Source: Raja brachyura (lineage: Eukaryota). From it: DNA of 64,000 nt. The notes beneath the pieces are model-generated. The model was not told where the DNA came from, made no database searches, and was given only the letters and a program-made list of their open reading frames with translations. Position numbers and translations under genes: made by a program. Shown piece after piece: positions 1 through 13,077 of this stretch (positions are counted from its first letter, which is position 1; every line of letters begins with the position of its first letter). The DNA is taken from NCBI GenBank assembly GCA_963514005.1, contig OY740792.1, forward strand, positions 12,214,001-12,278,000, written 5' to 3'.

Positions 1-421
1 TTTTAAATCCTACTTTGTCCTTTTTATTTACTCTCACATACACAATCGCAAACATCCATTCCCCAGTTGGTACGCAAGCAGCGCTATATATTTCCACTCG
101 CAGCTTGCATCAATGCAGCAAGGTGGTCTAAGGTGCTTTGCGCGAACGTTATTAATGTTAAACCTGGAGCTACATAAGGGTGCACTAAGCATTGTTAAGG
201 AAGTGGAACTTTTAGTTTTTTTTTAGTTTAGAGATAGTGCTGAAGCAGGCCCTTTGGACCACTGAGTCCGCGCTGACCAGCGATCCCCACACAATTTGTG
301 ATTTTTACCAAAGCCAATTAACCTACAAACCTGCACGTTTTTGGAGTGCGAGACAAAACCAGAACACCCAGAGAAAACCCATGTGATCACGTGGAGAACG
401 TACATCTCTGTACAGACAGTC

Positions 422-976
422 ATGTCAAGGAGGACTCTCTCGAACTTCTACAGGTGCACAGTATAGAGCATGCTGACTGGTTGCATCGTGGCTTGGTACG
501 GCAACTTGAGATCCCAAGAGCGGAAAAGACTGCAAAAAGTTGTAAACCCTGCCCAGTCCATCATCGGCTCTGACCTCCCTACCATCGAGGGGATCTATCG
601 CAGTCGCTGCCTCAAAAAGGCTGGCAGCATCATCAAGGACCCACACCATCCTGGCCACACACACATCTCCCCGCTGCCTTCAGGTAGAAGGTACAGGAGC
701 CTGAAATCTGCAACATCCAGGTTCAGGAATAGCTACTTCCCCACAGCCATCAGGCTATTAAACTCAACTCAAACAAAACTCTGAACATTAGTAGCCCATT
801 GCACTTTATTTGCTTATTTATGTACGTATATATATAGTCAATGGTATATGGTCACACTGATCTGTTCTGTATTTATTTATGCCTACTATATTCTGTTGTG
901 CTGAAACAAAGCAAGAATTTCATTGTCCTATCCGGGACACATGACAATAAATTCTCTTGAATCTTGAATCTTGAAT
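422..976 (+). mobile_element. 5'-truncated Rex1/Babar-clade LINE nested in a V-SINE
   Basis: ORF 470-784 (CIVAWYGN...LPSGRRYRSL...SYFPTAIRLLN) is the typical Rex1 ORF2 C-terminus; (CTTGAAT)n tail; the host SINE resumes at about 978. Confidence 0.85.
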
Positions 977-2294
977 CCGTAGTCAGGATCGAACTCGGGT
1001 GTCTGGCGCTGCAATGCAGCAACTCTGCCGCTGCGCCACCACACCACACTGCGCCGACATAAGTTGAACAATTATGCTTGAAATTGGATGATGTATCCAC
1101 ACTTTTTAGACGTCAAAATCGCATTTTTTCCAAATTTAATCTGGAGTAAAAAGAAAAGGAACTGTAGATGCTGGTTATAAAACAAAAATACATAAAGTGC
1201 TGGAGTAACTCAACAAGTCAGGCAGCATCTCTGGAGAACATGGATTGGTAATCTTTTGAATTGGGACTCTTCTTGAGATTGAAAACCTTCTTCAGTCCTG
1301 ACCCCAAAACATCATCTACCCATGTTCTTCAGAGATGCTGCATTACCTGCTGAGTTACACCAGCACTTTGTGTCTTATTTTTACTCTGCAGTAGATTGTG
1401 CTGACAATCATTTCAGCTGTTGTATCAACTGCAAAATAATACTGCTGCTCTACCGTTGCCACAGTCGCGCAGCGGTAGAGTTGCTACCTTACAGCGCCAG
1501 AGACCCAGGTTTGATCCTGACTACGGATGCTGTCTGTACAGAGTTTTACTTTCTCCCCGTGACCACCTACGCTTTCTCCAGATGCTCTCGTTTCCTCCCA
1601 CACTCAAAAGATGTGCAGGTTTGTAGATTAATTTGGCTTCGGTAAAAATTGGAAATTGTCCTTAGTGCTTAGTGCTAATTTACGGGTGATCAGTGGGCAG
1701 CGTGGACCTGATGGGCTGAAGGGCCTGTTTCCCCACTGTATCCATAAAATCTAAAGCCTAAAGAACTGGGCACTTAACTGTGTGATCCATACAAGCACTC
1801 CTGACATTTGCCAACATTCAATACACCATGATGACATGACTGCACTAGCAGTTGGTGACTTTTGCCAATAAAGGCACAAATTGGAGCTCAAAGTTCCAAA
1901 TTGTGATGGTTACGGAATAGTCTCATTTGAGCTTGAGCACATCGCTGGTCTACTTGTTATTTAGTGGACACTGTGCTGGCATTGTGTTATTTCAGAATTG
2001 ATTGCGAGTCGCACAAATGTATTCTAAAATTCACAGGGTGCTCCAGAGCTACCAAGGAGTATTTCACAGGTCATTTATCTGCTGAGCTATGCAGCAGCTC
2101 GACTGTTGGCAGCACTGAAGGAGAAACCAAACTGTGTGGGTCAGTGGTGATGTGGCAGGGAGCAATATCATGTCAGTTGCAACTTTTAGAAGATGATATA
2201 ACCTACCTGGACCTCACTGATGAATTATTAATTCAAAGCTGTGTGTGGGGAGGAACTGCAGATGCTGGTTGACACAGAAGTTGGACACAAAATG

Positions 2295-2434
2295 CGGGGT
2301 GGAAGATTGCAACCTTCACGTGGTCCGCCCTATTTCGACTAATGCAATCAACTCAACGTGCACAAACGGAAGATCAAATAGAACAAGTTGTCCAACAACT
2401 TTAGGCTGTGCACGCCACATGAAAGAAGAAGAAG
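2295..2434 (+). mobile_element. About 140-bp (GAA)n-tailed short retroposon, probably Vingi/RTE-mobilised
   Basis: Near-identical second copy at 31968-32112 with the same 5' end; ends gcca(c/t)a(t/c)..aagaagaag; TSD-like flanks. Confidence 0.65.
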
Positions 2435-4673
2435 TAGACGCAAAATACTGGATTGACTCAGCGGGACAGGCAGCATCTCTGGAGAAAAGGAATGCGTGCT
2501 GTTTTGGGTCAAGACCCTTCCTCACACTGAGAGTCAGGGGAGAGGGAGGCATATCTCTATGAGGGAATGGTGTGATAGCGAGAGATCAAGAGATCGAGCG
2601 GGAAAGCAAGGGTTACTTGAAGTTAGAGAAGTCAATATTCATACCGCTGTGTTGTAAGCTGCTCAAGCGAAATTTGAGCTGCTGTTCCTTCACACCTTAC
2701 CCTTCAATATCTCTATGCCTCCCTCTCCCCTGACTCTCAGTCTGACCCGAAAAGGCACCCATTCCTTTGCTCCAGAGATGCTGCCTGATCCGCTGAGTTA
2801 CTCCACCATTTTGTGTCTACTTTCAACAGCAAATGTGCCATTCTGCACCTGTGACTGCACTTCTCCCTCCATCGTCAAGGTCAAGGGGATTCTCAGATTG
2901 CTTGCCACCAGATCTGCTCAAGTGACCACATTCGATCTCTTCCGTGTCTCACCATTTTCTGCTAAGCACAAATTCGAACAGATCACCCAAGCCCTGCATT
3001 TGCAAGGAGGTGTTTTTTAAAAATCCATCCCCTTTGGCTTCACTGAGCAACCAGCGGCACCTCAGAAAATGGGATTTGATGGCTTCCCACGAACGCAGAA
3101 AAGATACGGATTGCCCTCACGTGTCCAAATGTCCCACGCCAGTCATTCCTTCTTCTCCTTTGTCCTGATCGGCAGAAAGTACGGCAGCTTGAAAGCACGT
3201 ATCACTAGACCAAGGGACAGCTTCTTTCCCTCTGTTTGCCGTCTGCTATGTCTGAAGGCGACCAGGTTTTCTCTTGAGCATGTTGAGCTCCTGACATTAT
3301 AACCTTGGTATCCTTTCTAGGTAAGGCATTGCAGACTCTCTTATCCTTGTGACACTCTTGTAGTCACAGCCTCTCAGCCCTGAAAGAACCTGTTTACTTC
3401 CATTCCCTGTGTTCTGTCAGCTAACCAATCATCAATCCGTCCAAGTATGTTATCCTGCAATACTGTGCAATCTTTATCTCTTTTAATAATCTCTATGTGA
3501 CAACTTTGTGAAGGCCTCTGAAACTTCAAATGCTCCAGATCAACTTGTTTGCCCTTGTCTATTCTGCCAGTTACAACCTCAAAATACTTTGAGGCTTGTC
3601 AAACATGATTTCCCTTTCATAAATCCACAGTGACTCTGTCCAATCTTATTATTATTTTCGAGATGCCCTGGCGCTGCTTCATTAGTAACCGATTTCAGAA
3701 ATGTTTCCCACAGCTGACATGAGGCTGACTCTGATCTGAAGGTCCACATTTTCCCTCTCTTGCCTTTCTAGAAGTGGGCTATGTTTGCTGCCTTCCAGTC
3801 TTTAGTTTTAGTTTAGAGATACAGCACAGAAACTGGCCCTTTGGTCCACTGAATCCGCACCAACCAGCGATCACCCCATAAACTAGCACTATCCTACACA
3901 CTAGGGACAATTTACAATCTTTACCAAAGCCAATTAACCTACAAACCTGTACGTCTTGGGAGCGTGGGAGAAAACCGGAACGCTTAGAGAAGACCCACGT
4001 GGTCACAGGGAGAAGGTACAAACTCCTTACAGACGGAGCCCGTAGTCAGCATCGAACCCGGGTCTCTAGCGCTGTAAGGCAGCACCTCTACTGTTGCGCC
4101 ACCGTGCTGCCCCGCCTGACAGAGTTATTTCAGAATTTATGGAATTTTAGAAGATGACAACCAGGACCTCCAGTATCACCATGGTGACATCCTTCAGTTT
4201 TCTTGGATGCAACTACTGCAGATCCATCATTGTTAAGTGTCATTAATGTCTCCGCCGCTTGGTTTTTACTATTTACCTTGAGCTCCTCATTCATTGTAGA
4301 CATACAATTATTTACTACTCTCAAAAGGTTTTGTGTCTCTTCCGTGAACTCAAGTAAAAAATACATGTGTGATTTCTTGTTAGCTATGGCTTGCCCACTT
4401 TTTTCCCTTGTTTTTGGTTTATGTTGAAGGTATATATGAAATACACATAAATCTTTGGTGCACATGTAGACAGAGATGTGGAGAGGATGTTTCCACTAGT
4501 GGGAGATTCTGGGACTAGGGGTCGTGGCCTCAGAATTAAAGGATGTTCTTTTAGTAAGGTGATGAGGAGAAATGTCTTTGGTCGGAGGGTGGTGAATCTG
4601 TGGAATTCTTTGCCACATAAGGCTGTGGAGGCCAAGTCAGTGGATATTTTTAAGGCAGCTGTAGATTCTTGAT

Positions 4674-6548
4674 TATAACCATATAACCATATAACAATTA
4701 CAGCACGGAAACAGGCCATCTCGGCCCTTCAAGTCCATGCCGAAGAACGTTTTTCCCTTAGTCCCACCTGCCTGCACTCATACCATAACCCTCCATACCC
4801 TTCTCATCCATATGCCTATCCAATCTATTTTTAAATGATACCAACGAACCTGCCGCCACCACTTCCACTGGAAGCTCATTCCACACCGCTACCACTCTCT
4901 GAGTAAAGAAGTTCCCCCTCATGTTATCCCTAAACCTCTGTCCCTTAATTCTAAAGTCATGTCCTCTTGTTTGAATCTTCCCTATTCTCATAGGGAAAAG
5001 CTTGTCCACATCAACTCTGTCTATCCCTCTCATCATTTTAAAGACCTCTATCAAGTCCCCCCTTAACCTTCTGCGCTCCAGAGAATAAAGACCTAACTTA
5101 TTCAACCTATCTCTGTAACTTAGCTGTTGAAACCCAGGCAACATTCTAGTAAATCTCCTCTGTACCCTCTCTATTTTATTGACATCCTTCCTATAATTGG
5201 GCGACCAAAATTGTACACCATACTCCAGATTTGGTCTCACCAATGCCTTGTACAATTTTAACATTACATCCCAGCTTCTATACTCAATGCTCTGATTTAT
5301 AAAGGCTAGCATACCAAAAGCTTTCTTTACCACCCTATCTATATGAGATTCCACCTTCAAGGAACTATGCACGGTTATTCCCAGATCCCTCTGTTCAACT
5401 GTATTCTTCAATTCCCTACCGTTTACCATGTACGTCCTATTTTGATTTGTCCTGCCAAGGTGTAGCACCTCACATTTATCAGCATTAAACTCCATCTGCC
5501 ATCTTTCAGCCCATTTTTCCAACTGACCTAAATCACTCTGTAGACTTTGGAAATCCTCTTCATTATCCACAACACCCCCTATCTTGGTATCATCTGCATA
5601 CTTACTAATCCAATTTACCACCCCTTCATCCAGATCATTGATGTACATGACAAACAACAAAGGACCCAACACAGATCCCTGAGGCACCCCACTAGTCACC
5701 TGCCTCCAACCCGACAAACAGCCATCCACTATTACCCTCTGGCTTCTCCCATTCAGCCACTGTTGAATCCATCTTGCTATTCCTGCATTTATACCCAACA
5801 GTTGAACCTTCTTAACCAACCTTCCATGAGGAACCTTGTCAAAGGCCTTACTGAAGTCCATATAGACAACATCCACTGCTTTACCCTCGTCAATTTCCCT
5901 AGTAACCTCTTCAAAAAATTCAAGAAGATTAGTCAAACACGACCTTCCAGGCATAAATCCATGTTGACTGTTCCTAATTAGACCTCTTTATCCAGATACT
6001 TATATATATTATCTCTAAGTATCTTTTCCATTAATTTGCCCACCACTGAAGTCAAACTAACCGGTCTATAATTGCTAGGTTTACTTTTAGAACCCTTTTT
6101 AAACAATGGAACAACATGCGCAGTACGCCAATCCTCGGGGACTATTCCCGTTTCTAATGACATTTGAAATATTTCTGTCATAGCCCCGGCTATTTCTACA
6201 CTAACTTCCCTCAATGTCTTCGGGAATATCCTGTCAGGACCTGGAGACTTATCCACTTTTATATTTTTCAAAAGTGTCAGTACTTCTTTTACTTTGAAAC
6301 TCATAGTATCCATAGCTACTCTACTAGTTTCCCTTACCTCACATAATTCAATATCCTTCTCCTTGGTGAATACCGAAGAAAATAAATTGTTCAATATCTC
6401 CCCCATCTCTTTTGGCTCTGCAGATAGCTGTCCACTCGGTCTCTCCAATGGACCAATTTTATCCCTTGTTATCCTTTTGCTATTTATATAGCTGTAGAAA
6501 CCCTTTGGATTTACTTTCACCTTACTTGCCAAAGCAACCTCATATCTT
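4674..6548 (-). mobile_element. Young 5'-truncated CR1 LINE (RT domain) nested in an older CR1
   Basis: ORFs 5978-6532 and 4758-5954 (DFSKAFDKVPH, GVPQGSVLGP, YADD) separated by a frameshift; 8-bp tandem tail; the host CR1 continues at 4470-4673 and 6549-6650. Confidence 0.93.
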
Positions 6549-6704
6549 CATAGTGCGGGTGTCAGAGGTTATGGGGAGAAGGTAGGAGAATAGGGTTAGA
6601 AGGGAAAGATAGATCAGCCATGATTGATTGGCGAAGTAAACTTAATGACCTTGTGATCTTGATGACTGAAGTAAACTTATAACCTTGTGATCTTATGACA
6701 GGGT

Positions 6705-6835
6705 NNNNNNNNNNNNNNNNNNNNNNNNNNNNNNNNNNNNNNNNNNNNNNNNNNNNNNNNNNNNNNNNNNNNNNNNNNNNNNNNNNNNNNNNNNNNNNNN
6801 NNNNNNNNNNNNNNNNNNNNNNNNNNNNNNNNNNN
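6705..6835. other. Assembly gap (N run)
   Basis: Run of Ns between CR1 fragments. Confidence 0.98.
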
Positions 6836-7305
6836 GAGGTTGTAGTGTAGTCATTGATGAGACCATCCAGAGGCATTGAGTATAGGAGTTGGGATATTCA
6901 TGATTACATTTGTACAAGCCATTGGTGAGACCACACTTGGAGTATGATGGCTTGCATTATAAGGAGAGTCTCGATAGTCTGGACATCTTCTTCCTGGAGT
7001 GTAGGAGACTGAGTGTGAGGTGACCTAATGGAGATATGTAAAGCCATGAGGAACAAGGCTTTAAGATGAGTGGTGCAAAGTTTAAAGAAGATGTGCAGGG
7101 AAGGTGTTTTTACCCAGAGAGTGGTGGGTGACAGGGGTGGCGGTGGATACGTTAGGGGCAATTAAGAGGCTTACAGACAGGCACATGGATATGCAGTTAT
7201 TGGAAGGATATGGATCACATGCAGGTAGAGCAGATTAGTTTCACTTGACATCATTTTCGCCTTGGACACGGTGGGCCGATGGACCTGTTCCTGTACAGCT
7301 CTATG
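6836..7305 (+). mobile_element. Degenerate CR1 3' fragment
   Basis: Motifs gagtataggagttggga...ttggtgagaccacacttggagtat and a CR1 3' tail. Confidence 0.75.
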
Positions 7306-7529
7306 TTCTGTGCCTTCTCTATTCATGTGCCTTTCTAGGTGCCTCTTGATTGTAGTGAATGCATCACACTAGCTCCACCAGCATGCCAATCACTCTCTGT
7401 TCAAAACACTTCCTCGTCAAATCCTTTGAAATCTCTTTCCTCTCATCTCAAACCTGTGCCATCCTGTTTTTTTATACCCGCTATCATGAGAAAGAATGCC
7501 TACCCTATATACACCTCACGTACTTAATA

Positions 7530-7975
7530 AGAGGGCAAAAAGGAGTCACAATTATTATTATTTTAAATATATATATTTTTATTAGAAGTATATACATATA
7601 ATAGTAAAACACACTTTGCTTACCGATTACATATATACAAAGCTTATTTTTTTTCTTTTTTTTTGAAAGATAGAGCTATAGAGAGAAAAAGAAATGAGAG
7701 AGAAAAAAAAACTATACACTAATAGAGAGGGGAGGGAAAAAACAAAGGAAATTATCAATAACACAATTTTGGAGATAAGTCCGTAGATTATAAGGTGTAA
7801 TTATTCATCCAGCCCTGGCTCAAGTTTCAGTTCAGCTTCCGTGTTGAACCAATTTACCTTTTTAGAAAAGCAATACATGGAGACCATATTCTAGCAAATA
7901 GTTCTGATTTGTCAATTAAGACAAGTCTAATTTTTTCCAAGTGTAAGGTCTCAGACATTTCCGTAATCCACTTTT
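7530..7975 (-). mobile_element. L1/Tx1-clade LINE 3' end
   Basis: Minus strand encodes WITEMSETLHLEKIRL...FARIWSP, an L1-type ORF2 C-terminus, followed by an AT-rich 3' UTR. Confidence 0.65.
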
Positions 7976-9678
7976 GTGGCAGAGCATTCCGCTCGTAGAT
8001 GGTAATCTCTCGACATGCCATGTCTTCCAATACATCAGTAGCATCCTGTTACTAGATGAGCAGCATCACCTTGCTCTTCTAGGACCACGGGCTCTTCATG
8101 GCTGCACGACTGAGATCAATCGGAGCAGCAATTGATCCAGAGGAATGGTTTGCACACGATTGCTGTCTCCCCACTCAGACAGACGGCAAGCGGCTCCTTG
8201 ATTTCTCTGCTGTCTTCCTTTCAAGCTTCTTGCTTGCCACAGAGTCATGGAGTTATTCAGCACGGAAACAGGCCCTTCAGCCCTACTAATCCATGCCAAC
8301 CAATGCTGACCCCCAGCTAGTGAGTTCTGATGGACACAGAAAGGTGTTCTGTGGCCTGTATATGGGCCACCTCTGCCCATTGCCTAAACCAGTAGGTGTT
8401 GTGTGATGGGATTGGCATGGACCCCTTACAAAGAAATACACAGGACCTTCAGAATGGAGGCCATGGTCTCCCATTGGTGTAGAACCTCCTACAAGAACAT
8501 AGAGCATTGCTTCTGGATGCTCCTAGTTATCTCCAGTGTTCAGCCAGGCAGTCCTGATGCCCCATTCACCAACTCATTGTCGATATGCGTCAGTTCCCAA
8601 GGCAGGTTAGGAATTAGCATTGCATTCTTAAATATCTAGAAATAAGAATTTGGAAATGCGACCATAAAAGTGTTCTAACAACCCTTCCGTCTGTTTAAGG
8701 AGAGAAATATTTTATCCTATGTGACACTGGGCACTGGTGTCTGGGCACTGGGCACTATGTGACACTGGGTATGACTCCATGCCCACAATAACGCAATTGA
8801 CTCTAAACCACCATCTGAAGACATCCAGCTCGTCACTCAGTTATATCCAAGTACTATGGAGTGCTTGAAGTGGTCCCAGCTTTTATAAGGCAATTAGGAG
8901 GAAGGGCAATTAAAGAAAATAAAAAGTCAGAGACTCACATGCGTGAGGAGGGGAATAGGATTTTTTAAAATAGAGCTAGAGCATGGAAAAAGGCCCTTCA
9001 CCCATCGAGTCCATGCTGGCCATGGATCATCGTTCACATACTATTTCTGCACACCTATACACTAGGGCAATTTTAAAGAGGCTAATTTAACTGCCGACAC
9101 ACACTTCTTTGAGATGTGGGAGGAATGCGGAGCACCCGGAGTAAACCTAAGTGGTCACAGGGTGAACGTGCAAACTCCATACAGACAGTACCCGAGGTCT
9201 GGATCAAACCTGGGTATCTGGCGATGTGAGCAGTAACTCTACCATTTGCACCACTGTGCCACCATAACTGTGTTCTATAACAAGGGAAAATAGAATTGCT
9301 GCCTTATAGCGCAAGAGAGCTGCGTTCGGTCCTGACTACGGGTGCTGTCTGTACAGAATTTTTATGTTCTCCCTGGGTTTTCTCCGGGTGCTCCAGTTTC
9401 CCCCCCACATTCCAAAGACGTGAAAGTTGTAGGTTAATCGCCTTAGGTTAAATTATAAATTGTAGGATTGTGCTAATGTACAGGGTGATCGCTGATCGGC
9501 GCAGACTTGATGGACGAAGGGCCTGTTTCCGTAGTCTACATCTCCATAGTCTAAGGTAAAGAAAAATAAGACATTTTAAGAGTCGTTTTAATTCATGGAT
9601 ATTTATTAGCTTAAAGGACATGTTCATCACTGTTAAGACAGTGCACAAACAAATTGTCTGTTCTTATTCTCCCCACAG

Positions 9679-9978
9679 TTGGTGGCAAGCTATCTTTTGC
9701 GAAGGAGATTTCATCTGTTGAGCAAAACCGTGTCTTCACCATTGTCTGTGAGGCAGAAGGTTGGAATCCTGCACCAGATATCCTATGGGAAAAAAACGAC
9801 ACAAACATGGATTCAAAAATGTACTCCACCACTGTCCATCAGTCTTCAGATAATCTCTACAATACCTTCAGCACTTTAAACCTTACCCTTAGTGTCAGCG
9901 CTGAGATTATGTGTCTGGCCAACATTAAAGCTCTTCCTCAGCCGAGAACGACTGCACTATTCATCACAGTGAAGCCCA
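9679..9978 (+). CDS. IGSF5: IGSF5/JAM4-like gene, second Ig (C-type) domain exon
   Basis: Acceptor ttctccccacag| and donor |gtaagt; 300 bp, phase 1-1. Encodes GGKLSF...CEAEGWNPAPDILWE...STLNL...IMCLANIKALPQPRTTALFITVKP, with Ig Cys/Trp spacing resembling IGSF5 domain 2 (recalled). Confidence 0.88.
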
Positions 9979-10257
9979 GTAAGTATAAATGCCTTGTGTA
10001 CTGGAGTGAAGCAGGGTTTATTTAATGCCACGATTTACTGATGGGTCACAATTTATATCAAACGCAGTCCGTGAGAAGGTTACAGATAGATGTCATGTTG
10101 GGAGTAATACTGAGCTGGGATGTCTCAATTATTGTAGTAGACTCGTTTGTGGGTTGTGGTGTCCTTGGACCAGGGATATGAAGAATATTAATTTTGCTGA
10201 AGTGTTTACATATTGGGGGGGGGGACACACACACACATAACTAACAACAATAGGGTG

Positions 10258-10537
10258 ACCGGTGGCGCAGTAATAGAGTTACTGCCTTACAATGCCAGAG
10301 ACCCGGGTTCGAACCTGACTTCGGGTGCTGTCTAAATGGAGTTTGTACGTTTTCCCCAGATGCTCCAATTTCCTCCCACACTCCAAAGATGGACAACTTT
10401 GTAGGTTAATTGGATTTGGGAAAATTGTAAATTGTCCCTAGTGTGTCGCAGAGTGCTAGAGTACGGGGATCGCTGGTCTGCGCGGCCATGGTGGGCCGAA
10501 GGGCCTGTTTCCGTGCTGCATCTCTAAACGAAACTAA
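10258..10537 (+). mobile_element. HE1-like tRNA-derived V-SINE (representative; about 20 copies, e.g. 1458-1760, 3800-4112, 23693-23998, 28040-28368, 57040-57335, 60110-60425, 61175-61470)
   Basis: A-box ggtggcgcagt, B-box ggttcgaacc, V-domain ggagtttgtacgtt...ttcctcccacactccaaaga, CR1-like tail gggccgaagggcctgtttcc and (CTAAA)n. Confidence 0.85.
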
Positions 10538-11794
10538 CGGCAGAATTAGGTCCATGTATATCCAAGCCTCCTGGCACCATTTTCCCTATGAGTTAACAAA
10601 TGAAGAATAGTTCTCAGAAGGAACAGGCATCCATAGTATTAAACTGTGACCTTGTTGACAAAGGAGACAATTGGATAAGGAAAGACACACATGCTGAAGT
10701 GTCTCAGTGGGTCAGGCAGTATCTCTGGAGAACATGGATAGGCGACGTATCGGGTCAGGACCCTTCTTCGAACTAGCATCTGCAGTTGTCTGTTTCTACA
10801 GGCAATTGTAGAAACCTATTTCAGACTTTGGATTGATTTATAATGGATTGTCGATTTGAAGTAAGCTCCACCTCATAATGAGGACAATAGAACCATATTT
10901 CTTAAATACACAATTCTAAAATACTAATTGGTGACCATTAATGATTTGACCCTGATTCATACTTCAAAGAATTCTGTAACTATTTTAATTAGTATAATTT
11001 TTAGAGGTGTGTATCAAGGAACCACTAGAGCTTAATGAGGTTCTGGAAAAGGTCAGGTGAGTCCATTGTCCTTCTCCAAAATCAAGAAGACATCTAAAAC
11101 ACTCAATGACCTCTTTACTGAATATATATCTACATGCTTAATTTGTGTATGCTTATTAACGTAGGTAGCTTATTACAGAATACGGAGTTAGTTATTGTCC
11201 CATAGTATAAGTATGTAGGCAGTTTAGATACTACTTTGGCATTGGGCTTTTTTTTTAAGCCCGTATCCTGGTGTTCTGGCAGAAGTATTTTGTTTATCAG
11301 TAATGAAATGTTCCCCATTAAAGTTATGCATCAATCAGCCCTCTCTCCCTTACAATGTGAATGAGGCAATTGATACAATTTTTGTAGGCTTACTCTGTTG
11401 ATGTACACAAATTTTGCAGTCTTATAGTTTGTTCGTCTTTTCCCAAATCTAAAATCAATTGATAGTGTTTAACAACAATTTGCTAATTCTCCAAAATTGT
11501 ATTCCCATAAAAAGGGGGTGAGTTATGGACAAACTTCAAAACTAATCAATGTCTGTTGAAATATGAAAAATATGTCTGTGATAAAAGTTGTGATAACAGT
11601 TGTGGCCTCCACATTGACAATGACACGGTATGGTAGTGCAGCGGTAGAGTTGCAGCCTTACAGCGCCTGCGACTCGGGTTCCATCTTAACTGCGGGTGCT
11701 GTCTGTACGGAGTTTGTACTGTGATCTACGTGGGTTTTCTCTGGGATCTCCGGTTTCTTCCCACATTCCAAAGACAGTCAGGCTTATATGCTAA

Positions 11795-12109
11795 AGGGGT
11801 TGTCCCACTGCACGAGCTAATTCAAGAGCTCTCCCGAGTTAAAAAAAATCAAACTCGTGGTAAGCACGTAGAGTGTACGTTGCGGGTATGTCGGAGCTCG
11901 GGACGTCTCTTAGCGGCTGGTAACACTAACGGCAGGTACTCGGGAAACGCGGTAAGCTCGTGAAGACTCGTGAAGATTTTTCAACATGCTGAAAAATGTC
12001 CACGAGAGCCCCGAGTACCTACGAGCGGCTATTACCGTAATTCTCCAAGTTTGAATCACTGGAAACGCAGGAGAACTCTTGAATTAGCTCGTACAGTGGG
12101 ACAGCACCA
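11795..12109. mobile_element. PIF/Harbinger-type MITE inside a V-SINE
   Basis: Long TIRs tgtcccactgcacgagctaattcaagag / ctcttgaattagctcgtacagtgggaca; TAA TSD. Confidence 0.75.
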
Positions 12110-13077
12110 TAATTGGCTTGGTATAATCGTAAATTGTCTCCTGTGTGTGAAGGATAGTGTAAGCATGCGGGGATCGCTGGTCAGCATGGAATCGGTGTTT
12201 CCGCACTATATCTCACTATAACTAAACTAAGATACTAGTAATTGGTCCAATATAACCCTGATCAATATCAAAATCTATCAACATGTATGAGAGTAGAATA
12301 CATTAATTGGTAATGTATGACTTTTATAAAATATTTCTAATGTTATAGTTTACTTTAACAGACAAATCTTCTTACATTATGATCATGTCAAACTACAGTT
12401 ATTGCAGAATATTTTACTGAAGACATATCAAGCCTGTAATAGCCAGGGAAAAAAAGATTTATTGTGTTATTATTATTATTGTTATAAATGGATATAGAAT
12501 GCCTTGATCTGAGAACATTTCAAAGCACATTGCCATTACTATTAAAGTTTAGGAAACTTTGTTTTTTTTAATTAATAGTTGGCACAAAACTGGATAATTT
12601 CTTAATAAATGCATAATATAAATTATTCCAGTAGCTCAGTGGATAGGTGAAGCCAGACCAAGATGATCGTGGATTCTGTTTGATGGTATGTCAGATGTGA
12701 TGATGAAGCTACAAGAATTGATGTGAACCTCCTTAGAGGGAGCCTGACTATCGACCGACATCAAGGCTGTGCACGTAGACATTAGGCAACAACAGTTTGG
12801 AGCCTCTAATTGCAAACTCAATGCCAGTCAACCATCCCGAAAGTCAGGCTTGGATAAAAATGCACAGAAAAGAAAACCCAGAGTCTGTGATTGAAATCCA
12901 AGTCAGAGGCAAAAGTTCGGGTAAGATAGGAGGAGAATTAAATCATGACGTATTTCATTCTCATAGCTTGCCTGTTGTACCCTTGTAGTTAGCTTTTTTA
13001 TTAGTTTAGAGCTACAGCGTGGAAACAGGCTCTTTGGCCCACTGAGTCCGCACCGACCGGCGATCCCCGCACACTAA

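Noticed and set aside
1964-2272. Possible first Ig exon of IGSF5
   Set aside because: Lacks proper Ig Cys/Trp spacing and a suitable donor; the V-type exon is probably upstream of the window.
4130-4465. 111-aa minus-strand ORF
   Set aside because: Appears to continue the degenerate CR1 remnant at about 3400-3780.
9654-10025. B7/HHLA2/butyrophilin assignment for the Ig exon
   Set aside because: The YQNELR exon and the KIRHVTVV* terminus fit IGSF5/JAM4 better, and no B30.2 exon was seen.
10258-10330. tRNA genes
   Set aside because: The A/B boxes belong to SINE heads that continue into the V-domain and LINE tail.
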